From: Candidatus Wolfebacteria bacterium GW2011_GWE2_44_13
GTDB taxonomy: Bacteria > Patescibacteriota > Minisyncoccia > UBA6257 > UBA9933
DNA length: 64,000 nt
NCBI GenBank assembly: GCA_001000675.1
Contig: LCHW01000001.1
Coordinates: forward strand, 424,875-488,874
Direction of reading: 5' to 3'
Shown here piece by piece: positions 17,741 through 26,605 of this stretch (its first letter is position 1; each line of letters begins with the position of its first letter). The position numbers and the translations under genes are program-made. The notes beneath the pieces were generated by a model. That model was not told the origin of the DNA. It saw only the letters and a list, made by a program, of their open reading frames with translations, and made no database searches.

Positions 17741-18997
17741 TTATTTCAGTTGTTCTTTAAGCACCTCAACTGCCTTATCGAATTGCGGATCTTTTTCTGC
17801 CTTTACATCTTCTTCGGTTATAGCAATTTTTACATCAGGGGTAAGCCCGTTTTTGTCGATGACGGTTCCGTTTGGCGTGAGCCAATGTGCAATCGTTATC
17901 TTTACCATCGCGTCCGCTTTGAGCGGAATTAATTCTTGCACGCTCCCCTTTCCAAAGCTTTTTTCTCCGACGAGCTTAGCGCCATTATTATCGCGTAATG
18001 CTCCAGCGAGAATTTCAGATGCCGATGCTGACCCTTGGTTAATAAGTACTACTGTTGGCGTGTTGCGAAATACCGGAAGACCTTGTGCTTCGAAATTTTC
18101 GTGCCCATCGTTATCTGCCTTAAACTTTTCGGTTACGACAACACTTCCTCGATCAACAAACCATCCCGCGATGTTTACTGATGCATCGAGATATCCTCCT
18201 GGATTGTTACGTAAGTCGAGAATAATCCCCTTTGGATTTTTGTCTATTGCTCCTGCAACTGCTTGATAGAAAAGAAGTGGAGATTTTTCGTAAAAGTTAT
18301 AAAGCTGAATGTATAGGATTTTTCCGTTAGCATCTTCTTTGCCTGCGTCATTGACCATCTTCCAATCGAGTGTTGGGATTTGAATCGCATCACGTACTAT
18401 TGGAAAATCTTTTGTATCAGACCATCCTTCGCGAAATAAGGTTAGTGTTACAGTTGTTCCCTTTTCGCCACGAATTTTCCCTACTGCAGTTTCTGTGGTA
18501 AGACCATGCGTATCTTCATCATTTATCTTTACAATTGCATCGCCCGCTTTTATGCCTGCTCGTTCAGCAGGTGTATTTTTTAACGGTGCTACTACAACAA
18601 GTTGTTCGTTTCGAATACCTATTTCTGCTCCAATACCTCCGAATTCTCCACTAATCTCTTGGGCAAAATCGTCTGCTTCTTTGGGTGGCATGAATACGGA
18701 ATAAGGATCACCAGTAGATGCGAGCATGCCCGAGATTGCCCCATAGACCTTCTCTTGCTCGGTTATATTCTTTGCATCGACGTATTTATCATCGAGAACC
18801 TTCCATGCGTCCCAAAACAAGCTAAAATCAGCGTTTGTTTCCTTGCCGTCTTCTAGATTCGTTACTCCTTTTACAATAGTGAGCTTTGGTTGTTCAGCTC
18901 CCTTGCGATATCCATACGAAAAACTCGCACCTCCGAGAAGGACGATTATTAGTACGATACTAACCGCAAGTGCTATGCGTGTTGCCAGTTTTTTCAT
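17741..18997 (-). CDS. S41 carboxyl-terminal processing protease (CtpA-like)
   Basis: DPYS, PDZ domain, DLRNNPGG, SASASEI, SFGKGSVQ. Confidence 0.93.
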   Translation of the reverse strand: MKKLATRIALAVSIVLIIVLLGGASFSYGYRKGAEQPKLTIVKGVTNLEDGKETNADFSLFWDAWKVLDDKYVDAKNITEQEKVYGAISGMLASTGDPYSVFMPPKEADDFAQEISGEFGGIGAEIGIRNEQLVVVAPLKNTPAERAGIKAGDAIVKINDEDTHGLTTETAVGKIRGEKGTTVTLTLFREGWSDTKDFPIVRDAIQIPTLDWKMVNDAGKEDANGKILYIQLYNFYEKSPLLFYQAVAGAIDKNPKGIILDLRNNPGGYLDASVNIAGWFVDRGSVVVTEKFKADNDGHENFEAQGLPVFRNTPTVVLINQGSASASEILAGALRDNNGAKLVGEKSFGKGSVQELIPLKADAMVKITIAHWLTPNGTVIDKNGLTPDVKIAITEEDVKAEKDPQFDKAVEVLKEQLK

Positions 18998-19009
18998 TGC
19001 TCCATTGTA

Positions 19010-19591
19010 TCAAACGGAGGGCTTGAAGTCTATTGATTTTACAATCGAATATGTTGCCCCTGTGCTATCTAGGCGCGATTCCATAAGGTCTATGGTCGCA
19101 GGTGTAAATGTGAGCGTGCTCGGAAATGTGGTTACATGCCCCTCTATTTTTCTTCCCTCGGGAAGATTGGCGATATTAATATGCCCATGATATGCCGGAT
19201 GCGCTTCTCCTTTTTGAAAAATACCCTTTGCAGCGAGCCCCTGCTCAATCATATGTTTTAGCTGCCCAAGTGCTTCATTGGTTGGCGTTATGGTTGTTAT
19301 CCAAATCATACGCGGTGGTCGCTTTGGTGGTGCGGTTGTGAGCGTTCGCAGAGAAACAACCGGTGTACTTATTTTTGTTACCACAGTGTGTAACACATCC
19401 TCAATAACCGAAAGCGCTTCCTCGGGCTGGTTTCCTAAAAATTTAATTGTTAGATGCCAATTATTTTCTGGTATCGGATGCGCATCTGTATACAATTCCG
19501 CAACATTCTTTTTATCTAAATCAACCGCATTGCGAATAGTTGTTTTGATGTCTTGGGGAAGATTGATTGCGATAAATAGTTTATGTTCCAT
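19010..19591 (-). CDS. thpR: RNA 2',3'-cyclic phosphodiesterase (2H phosphoesterase, ThpR/LigT-like)
   Basis: LFIAI, WHLTIKFLG, second HIN motif, MESRL...GATY. Confidence 0.8.
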   Translation of the reverse strand: MEHKLFIAINLPQDIKTTIRNAVDLDKKNVAELYTDAHPIPENNWHLTIKFLGNQPEEALSVIEDVLHTVVTKISTPVVSLRTLTTAPPKRPPRMIWITTITPTNEALGQLKHMIEQGLAAKGIFQKGEAHPAYHGHINIANLPEGRKIEGHVTTFPSTLTFTPATIDLMESRLDSTGATYSIVKSIDFKPSV

Positions 19592-19599
19592 ATATATGT

Positions 19600-20685
19600 T
19601 TACGGCTGAAGAATATCCTCTGTCCTTCCGTTTATTGCAATAACAACTTCCTTTACGCTTGGGAATTGTTTAAGTGTTTCGGTAATTTGTGCGCGAATAG
19701 CGGTTACGCGACATGAACCACCAACTGCTTTATCAAGCTCTTCGGAAAAATCTATATACGCCACTCCATTTTCGATAGTGAGCGTGTTAATGCGCACGTT
19801 CGGATTGATGTTGGTAAAATAATCAGCAGCCTTCTCTGCCTCCATTGGTCCTTTAAGAAGTTCTTCGATTGCTGCACGCCCTATCCCTTCGGTCCATGGT
19901 ATTTCGCGTGTCGATGGAAAAACTTTGTCACAGAGAAATGCCGGATCAAGTTTGCTGTTATTAAAAAAGACATTAATTTTTATCGACGATAACTCAAAAT
20001 TAACAGGCACCTCAAACGATTTTTCGTGTTCCTTTAATCCGCTTGGATTGTCATTTCTAAAAATTAAGAATCCGGTTTTTGTGGTTGGCTTTTTGAATTC
20101 GAATTCTCCCTTGAACGGAACGAGTGATTCGGACATCCAGTCTTCGGTAGCAGTTACATAATGCTTCCCGAGTAGTTTTCGGTTTGCATCGATAATTTCT
20201 ACGCCAAACACTGCCTCGAAGTACCACATACCTCTCGCTAATCCTTCGACGAGTAATGGGCTTGTTGCTACAGTATTTTCTGTTGGGATCGTTATAATAA
20301 TTTCTGGACTTGTGATGATACGAATATCATTCGCGAGCATTGCATTTTTTGCGATTGACTCCCCTTTTCCTTCTATAGTGTATCCAATATGTATAAGCGA
20401 ACTTTCTACGGATTTATTTTTTTCATCAACAAATTTTGTTTCTGGGGTAAAGGCTATTTGTATTTCTTCTGTTGTTGATACATCTTTTATGGTTATGATT
20501 TTTGCGCTTTGCATAACCTGAATAACTTCACCACGCACCGTTTTGTTCATGCGTATAATACCATCTTTTTGTGAAGTGGGTGGGACGATTTTTTCTGGCC
20601 TCTGTTGCCATAGCACAACCATGCCAATAATAAGCGCAGCTCCGATTAGTGCAACTGTTGTGAAGAAAAAGGCTCGTGATCTCAT
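19600..20685 (-). CDS. Membrane-anchored Gmad2 Ig-like and GerMN domain protein
   Basis: Start MRSRAFFF at 20685; GLARGMWYFEA, DNPSG, ELLKGP, QITETLKQFPSVKEV.IAING. Confidence 0.82.
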   Translation of the reverse strand: MRSRAFFFTTVALIGAALIIGMVVLWQQRPEKIVPPTSQKDGIIRMNKTVRGEVIQVMQSAKIITIKDVSTTEEIQIAFTPETKFVDEKNKSVESSLIHIGYTIEGKGESIAKNAMLANDIRIITSPEIIITIPTENTVATSPLLVEGLARGMWYFEAVFGVEIIDANRKLLGKHYVTATEDWMSESLVPFKGEFEFKKPTTKTGFLIFRNDNPSGLKEHEKSFEVPVNFELSSIKINVFFNNSKLDPAFLCDKVFPSTREIPWTEGIGRAAIEELLKGPMEAEKAADYFTNINPNVRINTLTIENGVAYIDFSEELDKAVGGSCRVTAIRAQITETLKQFPSVKEVVIAINGRTEDILQP

Positions 20686-20696
20686 ATGGTTACAGT

Positions 20697-21998
20697 CTAT
20701 TGCTTGTTTGTTATTGGTGCAAGTCGATATATAACGCCTGCCTTGTCGTCGGAAATATATGCGGCTCCGTTTGCGTGAAATAGAATATCTACTGGGCGAC
20801 CAAGCGTTTTTTGTTCGCCATCTATCCACCCCGTGATAAAGTCCGTTACACCTTCATATGTGCCATTTGCATTGAACTGATGGCGTACGATTTTGTAACC
20901 GGTTGGCACGCTGCGATTCCATGATCCATGATATGCGACTAAAAGGTCGTTATGATATTCTTCTGGCCAGCTATTCGGAATAAATGCGAGCCCAAGTGGG
21001 GCAGAATGCGCTTGAATGTCGATGTAGCTCGGGGTTTCGAAAGGCTCCATGCACGGGTTGCGGAAATAGGTATTTTTATCAAATTCCGTATCATGGCTGT
21101 TTTTCCCGTAACAAATTGGCCACCCATAATTGCCGCCCTGCTTGATGATATTGATCTCGTCCGGAGGGGTATTATCGCCTAAGAGGTCTCGGCCCATTTC
21201 CGTGGCCCAAATGTCTCCTGTGAGTGGGTTAAAAGCCATAAAAACGGCGTTACGAAGCCCTCTAGCGAACGTTTCTGTCTTTCCTGTACCGATGTCTATT
21301 TTTGCAATTGTCGCCCTATTGGGGTCGTTTTCGTTGCAAACATTGCAGGACGAACCAATGGAAACAAGGAGGTTGTTTTTGTACGGCAACAGTGTTCGCG
21401 TACTGTGCCCTCCGCCACTCGGGAGGGATGCAATAACCCGTTTGTTAGTTGCGGTTAAGGCTGCTGCGTCGTAGGTAAATTCACTTACTTTATCTGTTTC
21501 AGCGACGTATAGTTTGCATATATTTTCTTGTGCGCACTGCACAAGAATGCCATGGGGTGCGTTTAATCCGGAAACGACTATTTTTGTCTCGTCGCTTTTA
21601 CCGTCGTTGTTTGTATCGATAAGCGCGACTACGTTCCCCTTACCCGGAATACTTGCGAGTAAAACATTGCTAGGATCAGTCGTTAGTACGCGCGGATCAT
21701 TTAAATCTTTAGCAAAAATAGAAAGTGAAAATCCTTGCGGTATACGGAGCGGTCCTTGGGATATAACTGGCGCTGTTTGTTTAGGCGGCTTTGGCGTTGC
21801 CGTCGTGGTTGTTGGTGTCGCCTGCTCTTCTGGTTGCGATACCGATGTAGATGCTTGTTCGATAAGTCTCACGATGTCTTGCTCCGGCTTTGTGATTGCG
21901 GGCCAAATACCTCGGAGTTGTGTCCAATATACTATCGTTCCTCCGACAACCGCGAGTGCAATAAGTATTCCTCCTGTGGTGAGAATTATTTTTTTCAT
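20697..21998 (-). CDS. PQQ-dependent sugar/sorbosone dehydrogenase family protein
   Basis: GSSCNVC, GLRN, NYGWP, AHSAPLG, HGSWNR, GRPVD. Confidence 0.9.
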   Translation of the reverse strand: MKKIILTTGGILIALAVVGGTIVYWTQLRGIWPAITKPEQDIVRLIEQASTSVSQPEEQATPTTTTATPKPPKQTAPVISQGPLRIPQGFSLSIFAKDLNDPRVLTTDPSNVLLASIPGKGNVVALIDTNNDGKSDETKIVVSGLNAPHGILVQCAQENICKLYVAETDKVSEFTYDAAALTATNKRVIASLPSGGGHSTRTLLPYKNNLLVSIGSSCNVCNENDPNRATIAKIDIGTGKTETFARGLRNAVFMAFNPLTGDIWATEMGRDLLGDNTPPDEINIIKQGGNYGWPICYGKNSHDTEFDKNTYFRNPCMEPFETPSYIDIQAHSAPLGLAFIPNSWPEEYHNDLLVAYHGSWNRSVPTGYKIVRHQFNANGTYEGVTDFITGWIDGEQKTLGRPVDILFHANGAAYISDDKAGVIYRLAPITNKQ

Positions 21999-22606
21999 AT
22001 ATGTTCAGTATAATTTTGTCCTACAACTTTCCAGTCGAGTACGTTCCACCAGTTTTGAATATATTCGGCTCTTCGATTTTGATAATGAAGATAATATGCG
22101 TGTTCCCAAATATCGATAACCATAAGGGGCGTGTCTCCCGTCATGAGTGGATTATCATGTCCTTGGGTTGAAGTAATGGTAAGTTTTTTATTGGTCGCGT
22201 CGAATACTAACCATACCCAGCCGCTTCCGAAAAGATTTGTTGCTGCCACAGTAAACTGTTCTTTAAATGCGACAATACTACCGAAGTCGTCGACAATTGC
22301 CTTCCCTAATTCTTCGGGAATATCTTCCTGCGCAGTTGGGCTCATGCAATTCCAATAGAATGTATGGCTAAAATGTCCGCCTGCGTTATTACGAACGGTT
22401 GTGCGAATTGTTTCAGGGATTTCATCGAGCATCGCGATGAGCTCTTCGGCGGTTTTGTCTTGTAGTTCGGGATATTTTTCAAGCGCTGTGTTGAGTTTAT
22501 CGACGTACGATTGATGATGTTTGCTGTGATGAATTTCGAGTGTTCGCGCATCGATAAATGGCTCGAGTGCATTGTATGCATACGGAAGCGGTGAAAGTTG
22601 GTGCAT
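21995..22606 (-). CDS. Fe/Mn superoxide dismutase
   Basis: HHSKHHQSYV, FGSGW, DIWEHAYY. Confidence 0.96.
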   Translation of the reverse strand: MHQLSPLPYAYNALEPFIDARTLEIHHSKHHQSYVDKLNTALEKYPELQDKTAEELIAMLDEIPETIRTTVRNNAGGHFSHTFYWNCMSPTAQEDIPEELGKAIVDDFGSIVAFKEQFTVAATNLFGSGWVWLVFDATNKKLTITSTQGHDNPLMTGDTPLMVIDIWEHAYYLHYQNRRAEYIQNWWNVLDWKVVGQNYTEHI

Positions 22607-22662
22607 AAAAATAAGTTGGTTAGGTTACGCTCGACGTTGCTTCTATTATATCAAATAGTAAC

Positions 22663-22688
22663 AAAAAACGCCCCCGAGTGGGGGCGTT
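22663..22688 (-). terminator. Array junction hairpin 4
   Basis: aaaaaacgccccc-gagt-gggggcgtt; same family as 23366, 24051, 24459. Confidence 0.75.
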
Positions 22689-22692
22689 GAAA

Positions 22693-22983
22693 CTACTTGT
22701 GAAACGTGTAATTGAATAACACGTTTGAGTCCAGAAAATAGGTAATCGTCTGGCTTCCTTCACGCACAGTGATCTCTGAGTAGCTAAAGAGATTTCGTTT
22801 TGTCTTGATGACTTCGGTGATAGTTGGATGATCTACTCGCAGTTCTTTTAGAACGCCGTCCGACGTCCACCATGCATTGTTCGTGGGGATGACTACTACG
22901 TTCACTACCACGATTAGCGCGATAACGATAACGATTATCAGCTCGATAAGCGTGTATCCTTTGCAATTACGAAGGTTGGTCAT
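22693..22983 (-). CDS. Small type IV prepilin-like protein (96 aa)
   Basis: Start MTNLRNCK at 22983 after AAGGAG; G|YTLIELIIVIVI class III signal motif. Confidence 0.75.
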   Translation of the reverse strand: MTNLRNCKGYTLIELIIVIVIALIVVVNVVVIPTNNAWWTSDGVLKELRVDHPTITEVIKTKRNLFSYSEITVREGSQTITYFLDSNVLFNYTFHK

Positions 22984-23021
22984 GGCCCTGCTCCTTTTGT
23001 TGAATGCTTTGAACGATGCGT

Positions 23022-23303
23022 TTATGCCTCGTCCAAGAACTTGATGAAGATCAACGGCATCTTGCGTATTTCGTGCCGTCCATGCAACAAATTCACGACT
23101 CGCTGCACTTCCTGGAATGCTTTGATATCCGGGGCGACGCATTCGAGATACGGAAACGGATCGCCTAAATGATCGGCGACTTTTGACTGAACAATTTCGG
23201 TCACGAGTTTATGTGCCATACGGGATGACAACGCGGTAACGATTTCTCGGCGAATTTTTTCCGCCTCCACTTCTCCAACTCCATGAATCTTCACAATAAT
23301 CAT
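23022..23303 (-). CDS. 93-aa hypothetical protein, paralog family X
   Basis: AGGAGG SD; aligns with 23426-23707 (IHG, PYL.C.A, F.EVQRVV..L.GR.EI.KMPL). Confidence 0.8.
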   Translation of the reverse strand: MIIVKIHGVGEVEAEKIRREIVTALSSRMAHKLVTEIVQSKVADHLGDPFPYLECVAPDIKAFQEVQRVVNLLHGRHEIRKMPLIFIKFLDEA

Positions 23304-23365
23304 CGGTTGTCCTCCTGTGTGAGAGTTAATAGTGCTGATTAGATTAAATAATAATATATAAAATA

Positions 23366-23398
23366 TGTCAAACTAAAAACGCCCCGAGGTGGGGCGTT
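23366..23398 (-). promoter_or_regulatory. Array junction 3: terminator hairpin fused to TTGACA
   Basis: tgtcaaactaaaaacgccccgaggtggggcgtt. Confidence 0.75.
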
Positions 23399-23425
23399 GG
23401 GTGTATTTCGAGTTATCAAATACAG

Positions 23426-23707
23426 CTATGAAGCATCGGAGAGCTCCACGTATAACAAAGGCATTTTTGGAATTTCGTAACGCCCCTGCAGTATCGTAAC
23501 AACTCGCTGCACTTCCCTGAAGCTTCGACGATCATGCGCAGTGCATTTGAGATACGGGCACTTCTCTTCCCTGTGGTTCTCGATGTTGGACAAAATAATT
23601 TCAATCACGAGAACTCTTTGTAATGGGATTGATGCTGCGTTGAATATCTTTGTCCGCAGTGCCTGTGCGTCGCTCGTGTTGGCGCCGTGAATTTCTAAGA
23701 TCGTCAT
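23426..23707 (-). CDS. 93-aa hypothetical protein, paralog family X
   Basis: Start MTILEIHG at 23707 after GGGAGGT SD; same length as its paralog at 23022. Confidence 0.8.
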   Translation of the reverse strand: MTILEIHGANTSDAQALRTKIFNAASIPLQRVLVIEIILSNIENHREEKCPYLKCTAHDRRSFREVQRVVTILQGRYEIPKMPLLYVELSDAS

Positions 23708-23727
23708 GCGGGCTACCTCCCTTTGTC

Positions 23728-23988
23728 TTAGTCTGCCGCGGGGCGCAAGCGCCCAGTTTCCTCGAAATACTCGATCTCCTCGAGAATCATGAGTCGCGCG
23801 CCGACGATATCGAGTGCGTCGGGAGTTGCCTCGTAAAAGAGGAGCAACTGCAAGACCTTTTCGATAATGTGTTGGCTTAACGTTTCCGGCTCTATGCCGG
23901 TGGGGCCCTTCTTTTCCGTTGCCCATCGATAGAGGTCTCCGTAATTCGCGAGTTTTGCCACCTCGTCGCCGATCTGTTCGCTGTCCAT
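23728..23988 (-). CDS. 86-aa helical hypothetical protein
   Basis: Start MDSEQIG at 23988 after GAGGTG SD; promoter TTGACA-N17-TACAGT upstream. Confidence 0.7.
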   Translation of the reverse strand: MDSEQIGDEVAKLANYGDLYRWATEKKGPTGIEPETLSQHIIEKVLQLLLFYEATPDALDIVGARLMILEEIEYFEETGRLRPAAD

Positions 23989-24050
23989 AGACGTCACCTC
24001 GTTTTTAGGATGTTTTGAGCTGTCCCTACTGTATTTATTTTTTGTAACGA

Positions 24051-24084
24051 TGTCAAACAAAAAACGCCCCGAGATGGGGCGTTT
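24051..24084 (-). promoter_or_regulatory. Array junction 2: terminator hairpin fused to TTGACA
   Basis: tgtcaaacaaaaaacgccccgagatggggcgttt. Confidence 0.78.
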
Positions 24085-24088
24085 GGCA

Positions 24089-24391
24089 TTACCGCGGACG
24101 GTATGCGATAACCTGCACGACTTCGATGTCGTACGTTTCTGCTGCGCAGAGATGTTCGCAGGAATCGATGAGCCCGATGATGCTGCGATGGTCCTCATCG
24201 GGAGTGATGTATGCCCGCAGAAACGGACGATTTCCTTGGCGCTCAACGCGCTCGCATACGCCGTTGACGACCGTGATACGGCAATCTTTTCCTGGTCTGT
24301 GATGCCGGATGTGCCTCCTGAGCTTGTTTCGATCGTGAATCATTTCTTCGAATTCGTGTCCTGGTCTGCCTCCAAACTCGATGTGTATCAT
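24089..24391 (-). CDS. 100-aa hypothetical protein, probable distant member of family X
   Basis: AGGAGG SD; MIHIEFGG...ITVV...RPFLR pattern parallels MIIVKIHG...VTEIV...PYLE. Confidence 0.7.
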   Translation of the reverse strand: MIHIEFGGRPGHEFEEMIHDRNKLRRHIRHHRPGKDCRITVVNGVCERVERQGNRPFLRAYITPDEDHRSIIGLIDSCEHLCAAETYDIEVVQVIAYRPR

Positions 24392-24458
24392 GGAAACCTC
24401 CTCTCTCCTTCGATTAGGGTGATGGAGCTACTCGCACTGTAAGTATTTTAGGAGAAAA

Positions 24459-24487
24459 TGTCAAACTAAAAACGCCTCGCGGCGTCT
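24459..24487 (-). promoter_or_regulatory. Array junction 1: short hairpin fused to TTGACA (N17-TACAGT)
   Basis: tgtcaaactaaaaacgcctcgcggcgt. Confidence 0.7.
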
Positions 24488-25114
24488 TTATGCTGAAATT
24501 ATTTTAAGTGTATCGTTATCGACCCATATTGCTTGGTTGTCATGCAGTAATATGAGCGGTTCTGCGTGGTTGGAGAGCTCCTTAATAATCTCGGCATATT
24601 CACTTGCGAATTCCGGATTATTGCAGTGCGGAATGACGCCGAAGTTGATAAGCCCTAATCCCCTTCTGTTGGGGACGGTATCGAGAAATTCTTTCTCACC
24701 CTCGTCAAACGCAAATAGGGCGAGTGATTCAGAAATAATCATTGAGCCTGCGCTTGATCCTGTATAGATAACAGATTCGCTTTTTACTGCGTCGATAATA
24801 CTCTGCCCTAGATTTTTTTCTCGTAATAATCCGACGAGATAAAAAACACTTCCGCCGGCAATATGTAGAATGTCTGTATCCTCGAGTGCCTGTGTGAGCG
24901 CTCCCGTCGAAGTGGTTCGTAGGTCTATATCAGTCAGCTTGTAGCCGAGCTCCGTGAATTTAATTCGATCATTACTTACCCACCATGCATCTTTTGTAGG
25001 ATAGTTGTCAGATGCATTTGCAATAAATAAAACTTTTGTAGCCGCTTTGTTTTGCAAAAGCGGCTTAAGGAGTGGAAGGGTTTTATCGATTGCGGATGCG
25101 AGGAAGAGTTTCAT
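24488..25114 (-). CDS. Peptidase S51 (peptidase E / GATase-like)
   Basis: IAGGS, YTGSSAGS, GLGL, IPH motifs. Confidence 0.85.
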   Translation of the reverse strand: MKLFLASAIDKTLPLLKPLLQNKAATKVLFIANASDNYPTKDAWWVSNDRIKFTELGYKLTDIDLRTTSTGALTQALEDTDILHIAGGSVFYLVGLLREKNLGQSIIDAVKSESVIYTGSSAGSMIISESLALFAFDEGEKEFLDTVPNRRGLGLINFGVIPHCNNPEFASEYAEIIKELSNHAEPLILLHDNQAIWVDNDTLKIISA

Positions 25115-25717
25115 TTATTTAACCTTTGCTCCTGATTCAATATCTTTTTCTGGAGTAAGGAGTACTGGGTTTTCCGCTCCGCCTGCAGCGAGTAGCATAC
25201 CATGGCTTTCCACACCCATTAACGCGCGTGGGGCGAGGTTGGCAACGATGATAATTTCTTTACCAACAAGCTCTTCTGGGCCATATGCTTTACCGATGCC
25301 GGCAACAATCTGTCGTTTTTCATCCCCTACTTCGAGCTGAAGCTTAATTAATTTTTCGGACTTCTCTACTCGCTCAGCTTCCATAATCTTCGCCACCTTT
25401 AATTCTACTTTTGCAAAATCGTCGTAGGTAATTTCTCCCTCGTTTGTTGTAGTGTGTTCTTCCTTCGTTACGGCTGGTGCTTCTACTAGCTTCTCATGTT
25501 TTGTCGCCACCTTTGGCTGACGCTTGGCATAGAGATAATACACATCAAGGATTCCTAGTGTGTTTATGAGAAGCAATACGACGAACCAAACTCTTTCCTT
25601 TCGCTCAAATGCTCGTAATAACGCAGCTCCTTTTATTGTGAATGTCCATATAAATAACAAAAGAAATTCGACTGGATGATTAAGAATAAATATGAATAGT
25701 AAATATTGTATTTCCAT
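25115..25717 (-). CDS. Fusion of a small membrane domain (DUF5652-like) and a tRNA-binding OB domain (MetG C-terminal/Trbp111-like)
   Basis: KGAAL...WFVVLLLINTLGIL..YY, then ITYDDFAKVELKV...RQIVAGI...ANLAPR...ESHGMLLAA. Confidence 0.85.
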   Translation of the reverse strand: MEIQYLLFIFILNHPVEFLLLFIWTFTIKGAALLRAFERKERVWFVVLLLINTLGILDVYYLYAKRQPKVATKHEKLVEAPAVTKEEHTTTNEGEITYDDFAKVELKVAKIMEAERVEKSEKLIKLQLEVGDEKRQIVAGIGKAYGPEELVGKEIIIVANLAPRALMGVESHGMLLAAGGAENPVLLTPEKDIESGAKVK

Positions 25718-25781
25718 AAATGTGTAATTAAATAAATTGCTCTTAGTGCTAGTATGATTGTTTTGCTCCTAAAATACTATA

Positions 25782-26600
25782 TCAGTCATCATCCTCATCG
25801 TCATCACCTCTATTATTGCTTGCTCCCACGGGGACGGTTGGACTTGTGGTTTGTTGTATTGTTTGCGTATTTGCTACTTGGCCAACTGCGCCTACGAAGA
25901 ATGATGCAAGTAGTTGGTGCGCGTTCGTTGAATGAGGAAGACCTTCAAATGCTGCTCCCCCATCTTTGCCACAATAGCGCAATATTGCAGAAGTGCCTCC
26001 CGGATGTCGTGGTAAATAACTCGTTACATTATACACATTATTATTAACGATCATCCAACAATCTTGTGCTATGTTATGCTTTGCTATTTCTTGTATGGAT
26101 AATGCTACAGATGCATTTGGTTGCGTGGATGGAGCTGTTGGCTGTGTTGCCGGTGTATTTGATTGTGGTTTAGTAGTGGGGCTCGCAGTTGGAGCAACTG
26201 CAATCGCTTCTTGTCCGAGATCACCGATATAGTAAGCCTTTAATAGTTCGTGTGCATTTTGAGAATGCGGAGATGGGCTCGTGGTTCTTCCTTTCGTGCT
26301 ATATGCTCGTGTTGCGTCTGTGCCGCATGTTGGCAGAATTGTATCTGCATCGCCAGGATGTTGATTTAAATACGAAGTAACGTCATATATCTTTTTATCA
26401 ATCAATAGCCAGCAACTTGATGCGCTCGCATGCTTTGCCAGCTCTTCTTTTGTTAAGATTGTACCCTGTGCGATTAATTGCGCGGGATTGTTTTGCGGCG
26501 TTGGATTGTTTGTTTTTTCCTGGAGTGCAAAGCCCGCGGTAAAAAGCGACGTAACAAATGCCCAAAATATAAAGAGTGATATGAGCGTTAATTTTTTCAT
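25782..26600 (-). CDS. Membrane-anchored protein with two cytochrome b5-like heme-binding domains
   Basis: Two copies of KH...CW.....YDVTSYL..HPG.........G.D......HS..A. Confidence 0.88.
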   Translation of the reverse strand: MKKLTLISLFIFWAFVTSLFTAGFALQEKTNNPTPQNNPAQLIAQGTILTKEELAKHASASSCWLLIDKKIYDVTSYLNQHPGDADTILPTCGTDATRAYSTKGRTTSPSPHSQNAHELLKAYYIGDLGQEAIAVAPTASPTTKPQSNTPATQPTAPSTQPNASVALSIQEIAKHNIAQDCWMIVNNNVYNVTSYLPRHPGGTSAILRYCGKDGGAAFEGLPHSTNAHQLLASFFVGAVGQVANTQTIQQTTSPTVPVGASNNRGDDDEDDD

Positions 26601-26605
26601 GGGTT

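Noticed and set aside
23022-23707. DGR template/variable repeat pair
   Set aside because: Differences between the paralogs are not adenine-restricted, both are intact SD-led ORFs, and no reverse transcriptase is in the window.
22660-24490. CRISPR array or integron attC array
   Set aside because: Spacing is 400-700 bp and filled with ORFs, and the repeats are short terminator-type hairpins. There are no cas genes, no integrase and no convincing RYYYAAC/GTTRRRY attC architecture.
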